Assembly: GCA_902573905.1 (NCBI GenBank)
Contig: CACGLL010000002.1
Span: 17,636-81,635 of the forward strand
DNA from: an uncultured Pelagibacteraceae bacterium
Lineage (GTDB): Bacteria > Pseudomonadota > Alphaproteobacteria > Pelagibacterales > Pelagibacteraceae
Length of the DNA: 64,000 nucleotides
Reading direction: 5' to 3'
Under the pieces are notes generated by a model. The model was not told the origin of the DNA. It worked only from the letters and a program-made list of their open reading frames with translations, and did no database searches. The translations under genes and the position numbers were made by a program. Positions 60,446-64,000 of the stretch are shown here, piece after piece. The stretch's first letter is position 1. Each line of letters starts with the position of its first letter.

Positions 60446-62626
60446 ATGGAAAAAGATAAAAAAAAGACACTTACAATTTCCACAAATCTTAAAAAAAGGA
60501 TTGATACATCTTCGATATCATCAAGCGGAAAAAAATCTTTTTCTGTAGACAAAAAAAAATCATTTAGACCTAATAAGCAGTACAACAAACCAAGCACTTC
60601 TCCCTATAACAATACAAATCAAGATATTAAGAAAAAAAATTTTGCAAGAAAATTTGTAGAACAACAAGCTACTAAAGATTTTATTAAAAAAGAAAATAAA
60701 CCTGCAGGCAAAAGCAAGCTCAAATTAAAAGGGCCTGTCGATAAACGTGATTTCAAACTTACTGTCTCACGAGCTTTAAATGTTGAAGAAATAGAGATAA
60801 AGCAAAGGAGTTTAGCATCCGTTAAACGTGCTAGACTAAAAGAAAAAAAGAAGCCAGATGGAGAAGAAAAAAAAGAATTTAAAAAAGTAATAAAGGAAGT
60901 AAAAATACCAGAACAAATTACTATTCAAGAACTTTCAAACCGAATGGCAGAGAAGTCTGGCGATATAATTAAATTTCTTTTTAACATGAAAGTTGTAGCT
61001 ACAATTAATCATAATATCGACAAAGATACCGCAGAATACATAGTAAAGGAGTTTGGACATAAACCAATTTTAGAAGGTAAACCGTCAATTAGTTCAACTA
61101 AATCCGCAGAAAAATTTATTGGTGAAATTAAAATAAGACCACCTGTTGTTACAATAATGGGACACGTAGATCACGGAAAAACTTCTTTACTTGACTCACT
61201 CAGAGATACAAATGTTGTTTCAGGGGAACATGGAGGTATCACTCAACATATTGGTGCTTATCAAGTGAAAACCAGTGATAATAAATTGATTACATTCATA
61301 GATACCCCAGGTCATGCTGCTTTTACTGAGATGAGAGCTAGAGGTTCAAAAATTACTGATATTGTAGTTTTGGTTGTTGCTGCAGATGATGGAATAAAAC
61401 CACAAACTGTAGAAGCTATAAAACATGCTAAAGCAGCCAAAGTACCTATTATCGTTGCTATAAACAAATGTGACTTACCTGAAAAAAATATTTCTAAAAT
61501 TAAAAATGAAATGATGCAGTATGAACTAATCGCTGAAGATCTTAGTGGAGATACTTTATTTGTTGAAGTTTCAGCACTAAAAAAAATGAACTTAGACAAA
61601 CTAAAAGAGAGTATTTTATTACAATCAGAAATTTTGGATTTAAAAGCTTCTTTTAGCGACAAAGCCAAAGGGGTAGTTATTGAATCAAAAATAGACAAAG
61701 GAAAAGGTCCTGTCTCAACAATCTTGATTAGCAACGGGAAACTTAAGCGTGGAGATTATTTTATTTGTGGAGATACATGGGGAAAAATTAGAGCAATGAT
61801 AAACCATGAAGGGAGAATGGTAAACGAGGCATTACCATCTATGCCAGTAGAAATATTAGGAATGAATAGCTCTGCATTTGCAGGAGCAGAATTTATAGTA
61901 ACAAAAAACGAAAGCGAAGCTAAAGAATTATCTGAATTTAGAAAAAATAATTCAGCTCAAAATAAGACTTTGGCTAAAGATAAAGCAACTTTATTTGATA
62001 ATTCGAATGATAAAGATGAACTGAATATTATAGTTAAGTCTGATGTTCAAGGTTCGAGCGAAGCGCTAAAAATGGCTATAAATAAAATTGAACACAAAGA
62101 AGTTCAAGCAAAAATAATTTTATCTGATATTGGCATGATAAATGAATCAGACGTTTCTCTAGCAAAGGCATCTAATGCATTACTGATTGGTTTCAATGTT
62201 AAACCCAATAAGGAAGCAAAAAAATTAGCCGAGGAACAAAAAATTGATATTAAATTTTTCAACATCATTTACGAAGCTATAGATTATGTAGAAAAATCAT
62301 TATCAGGTCTTTTAGAGCCAGATATAAAAGAAACCGTTTTGGGGAGTGCAGAAATTCAAAAAATCTTTAAGGTATCATCTGCTGGAAAAATAGCAGGTTC
62401 AAAAGTGATTAGTGGCGAAATTAAAAGTAAATCAAAAGCTAGAATTATTAGAGATGGTACTGTTGTCTATAATGGAGAAATCTTATCAATCTTTAGAGAA
62501 AAAAACCAAGTTAAAGAAGTAGGTACAGGTTTAGAGTGCGGTATATCAATTAAAGACTTTATTGATTTTAAAGAAAAAGATGTCATAGAGTCTTATTTGT
62601 CGGAAGAAATACAAAGATCAATTTAA
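60446..62626 (+). CDS. infB: Translation initiation factor IF-2
   Basis: GHVDHGKT, GGITQHIGAY, DTPGHAAF, NKCD, ECGI. Confidence 0.99.
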   Translation: MEKDKKKTLTISTNLKKRIDTSSISSSGKKSFSVDKKKSFRPNKQYNKPSTSPYNNTNQDIKKKNFARKFVEQQATKDFIKKENKPAGKSKLKLKGPVDKRDFKLTVSRALNVEEIEIKQRSLASVKRARLKEKKKPDGEEKKEFKKVIKEVKIPEQITIQELSNRMAEKSGDIIKFLFNMKVVATINHNIDKDTAEYIVKEFGHKPILEGKPSISSTKSAEKFIGEIKIRPPVVTIMGHVDHGKTSLLDSLRDTNVVSGEHGGITQHIGAYQVKTSDNKLITFIDTPGHAAFTEMRARGSKITDIVVLVVAADDGIKPQTVEAIKHAKAAKVPIIVAINKCDLPEKNISKIKNEMMQYELIAEDLSGDTLFVEVSALKKMNLDKLKESILLQSEILDLKASFSDKAKGVVIESKIDKGKGPVSTILISNGKLKRGDYFICGDTWGKIRAMINHEGRMVNEALPSMPVEILGMNSSAFAGAEFIVTKNESEAKELSEFRKNNSAQNKTLAKDKATLFDNSNDKDELNIIVKSDVQGSSEALKMAINKIEHKEVQAKIILSDIGMINESDVSLAKASNALLIGFNVKPNKEAKKLAEEQKIDIKFFNIIYEAIDYVEKSLSGLLEPDIKETVLGSAEIQKIFKVSSAGKIAGSKVISGEIKSKSKARIIRDGTVVYNGEILSIFREKNQVKEVGTGLECGISIKDFIDFKEKDVIESYLSEEIQRSI

Positions 62627-62627
62627 G

Positions 62628-63029
62628 ATGATGAATAGTCAATCTTCACAAAGACCATACAGTCAAAGACAACTAAGAGTCGGGGAGTTAGTTAAGCAAA
62701 ATTTAGGAGAATTATTTATTAGAAATGAGGCTAAAATACCTTCATTTAGCACAAAATTAATTACAGTAACCGAGGTAAGAATGACACCTGATTTAAAAAC
62801 AGCAAGAGCGTACGTTATCCCATTAGGAGGTATTGAAACAAAAGAAACAGTTAGGATCTTGACGGAGTTCTCTCATCTTGTTAGAAAAGCCCTATCTAAA
62901 AGGCTTGATATTAAGTTTCTTCCTAAACTTACTTTTGTAGAAGATAACTCATTTGAATATGCTGAAAAGATTGAAAAAATTATAAAAGAAAATAATAAAG
63001 ATGATAAAGAGAAAAAAAGATACAATTAA
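62628..63029 (+). CDS. rbfA: Ribosome-binding factor A
   Basis: RQLRVGELVK, VTEVRMTPDLKTA, PKLTFVED. Confidence 0.97.
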   Translation: MMNSQSSQRPYSQRQLRVGELVKQNLGELFIRNEAKIPSFSTKLITVTEVRMTPDLKTARAYVIPLGGIETKETVRILTEFSHLVRKALSKRLDIKFLPKLTFVEDNSFEYAEKIEKIIKENNKDDKEKKRYN

Positions 63030-63261
63030 ATCTTTAGCCATTCATGAAAAAGATGTTGGCTCTACGGAAATACAAATTGGGTTGCTTACAGATAAAATCA
63101 TAAAATTATCTGAACATTTTAAAAAATTTAAGAAGGACAAACATTCTACTTTAGGTTTGACTAAATCAGTAAACAAGAGAAAAAAACTTCTAACTTACCT
63201 TAAAAAGAAAAATGTTGAGTCCTATCAAAAGGTCATCAAACAATTAAATTTAAGGAAATAA
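63001..63261 (+). CDS. rpsO: 30S ribosomal protein S15
   Basis: [11 protein letters not shown]...[21 protein letters not shown]. Confidence 0.95.
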   Translation: MIKRKKDTIKSLAIHEKDVGSTEIQIGLLTDKIIKLSEHFKKFKKDKHSTLGLTKSVNKRKKLLTYLKKKNVESYQKVIKQLNLRK

Positions 63262-64000
63262 TGTTTAAAATACATAAAGAAGAATTAGAAGTTAATGATA
63301 AAAAATTAACTTTAGAGACAGGAAAAGTTGCTCGTCAAGCAGATGGAGCAATTATCGCAACATTAGGCGAGACAGTGGTAATTGCAACAGCCGTAGGTGC
63401 AAAAAAATTAAATGACGGCCAGGATTACTTCCCATTATCTGTAAATTATCAGGAAAAATATTATGCTGCTGGTAAAATACCAGGTGGATATTTTAAAAGA
63501 GAGGCAAGACCTACTGAAGCTGAAACTTTAATTTCAAGATTAATAGATAGACCTATTAGACCATTATTTCCTTCAAGTTTTTTTAATGAAGTGCAATTAC
63601 TTCCAACAGTTTTATCTTATGATGGAGTAAATCAACCTGATGTTCTATCGATTATCGCATCCTCAGCCGCATTAGCTATTTCTGGCTTACCATTTCAAGG
63701 ACCTATTGCAGCAAGTAGAGTTGGATACAAAGATGGAAAATATTTATTAAATCCATCTTTAGAGGAATTAAAAGAATCAGAGTTAGATCTAGTAGTAGCT
63801 GGCACAAAAGATGCAGTTTTAATGGTTGAGTCCGAGACCTCAGGTTTATCTGAAAAAATAATGTTAGATGCTGTAAAATTCGGTCACGAAAAATTTGTTC
63901 CAATAATTGAAGCTATAGAAAAGTTAGCAAAAAAAGCAGGAAAACCTAAATGGGAAGTTGAAGAAATAGATCATTCAGATGTTAAAAAGAAGATTGCTGA
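63261..64000 (+). CDS. pnp: Polyribonucleotide nucleotidyltransferase (3' truncated; not in ORF track)
   Basis: MFKIHK...[55 protein letters not shown]; TAATG overlap with rpsO. Confidence 0.98.
   Translation, partial: MFKIHKEELEVNDKKLTLETGKVARQADGAIIATLGETVVIATAVGAKKLNDGQDYFPLSVNYQEKYYAAGKIPGGYFKREARPTEAETLISRLIDRPIRPLFPSSFFNEVQLLPTVLSYDGVNQPDVLSIIASSAALAISGLPFQGPIAASRVGYKDGKYLLNPSLEELKESELDLVVAGTKDAVLMVESETSGLSEKIMLDAVKFGHEKFVPIIEAIEKLAKKAGKPKWEVEEIDHSDVKKKIA

Noticed and set aside
703-63903. Numerous 60-140 aa antisense or alternate-frame ORFs (e.g. 12257-12592, 39606-39914, 57282-57641, 61312-61734, 63703-63903)
   Set aside because: Shadows of well-supported genes with no recognisable motifs
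1-64000. Prophage, integrase, transposase, defence system or riboswitch (including a SAM riboswitch before metK)
   Set aside because: No such genes or room for them; metK overlaps lnt and nearly all bases are explained by core genes

Overview
AT-rich, very gene-dense core-genome segment of a streamlined alphaproteobacterium. Gene content, order and composition point to Pelagibacterales/SAR11 (inference). It runs from purH (5' truncated) to pnp (3' truncated) and contains tRNA-Gly(GCC), rho-hemJHE, the likely replication origin between hemE and ppsR, hslUV, hisBHAFE, ftsK, mnmEG-rsmG-parAB (two parS sites inside rsmG), leuS, a major porin, grpE-dnaK-dnaJ, maeB, murJ-trpS, fur-miaB-phoH-ybeY-lnt-metK and nusA-infB-rbfA-rpsO-pnp. 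I saw no mobile element, prophage, CRISPR array or large accessory island. The most notable observations are: (i) an unlisted 35-aa ArfA-like ribosome-rescue peptide coupled to a CenR-like regulator with a degenerate receiver; (ii) four divergent gene pairs whose start codons abut or overlap; (iii) a Bax/GH73 gene broken by a -1 frameshift inside a KKPEV repeat that carries in-phase slippery heptamers; (iv) a probable ~19-kb inversion spanning the origin with breakpoints in 2-4 bp gaps; (v) an unlisted 56-aa membrane protein between dnaJ and dapB; (vi) a leader terminator upstream of nusA although rimP is absent. All product calls come from motif recognition and synteny, not from database searches.
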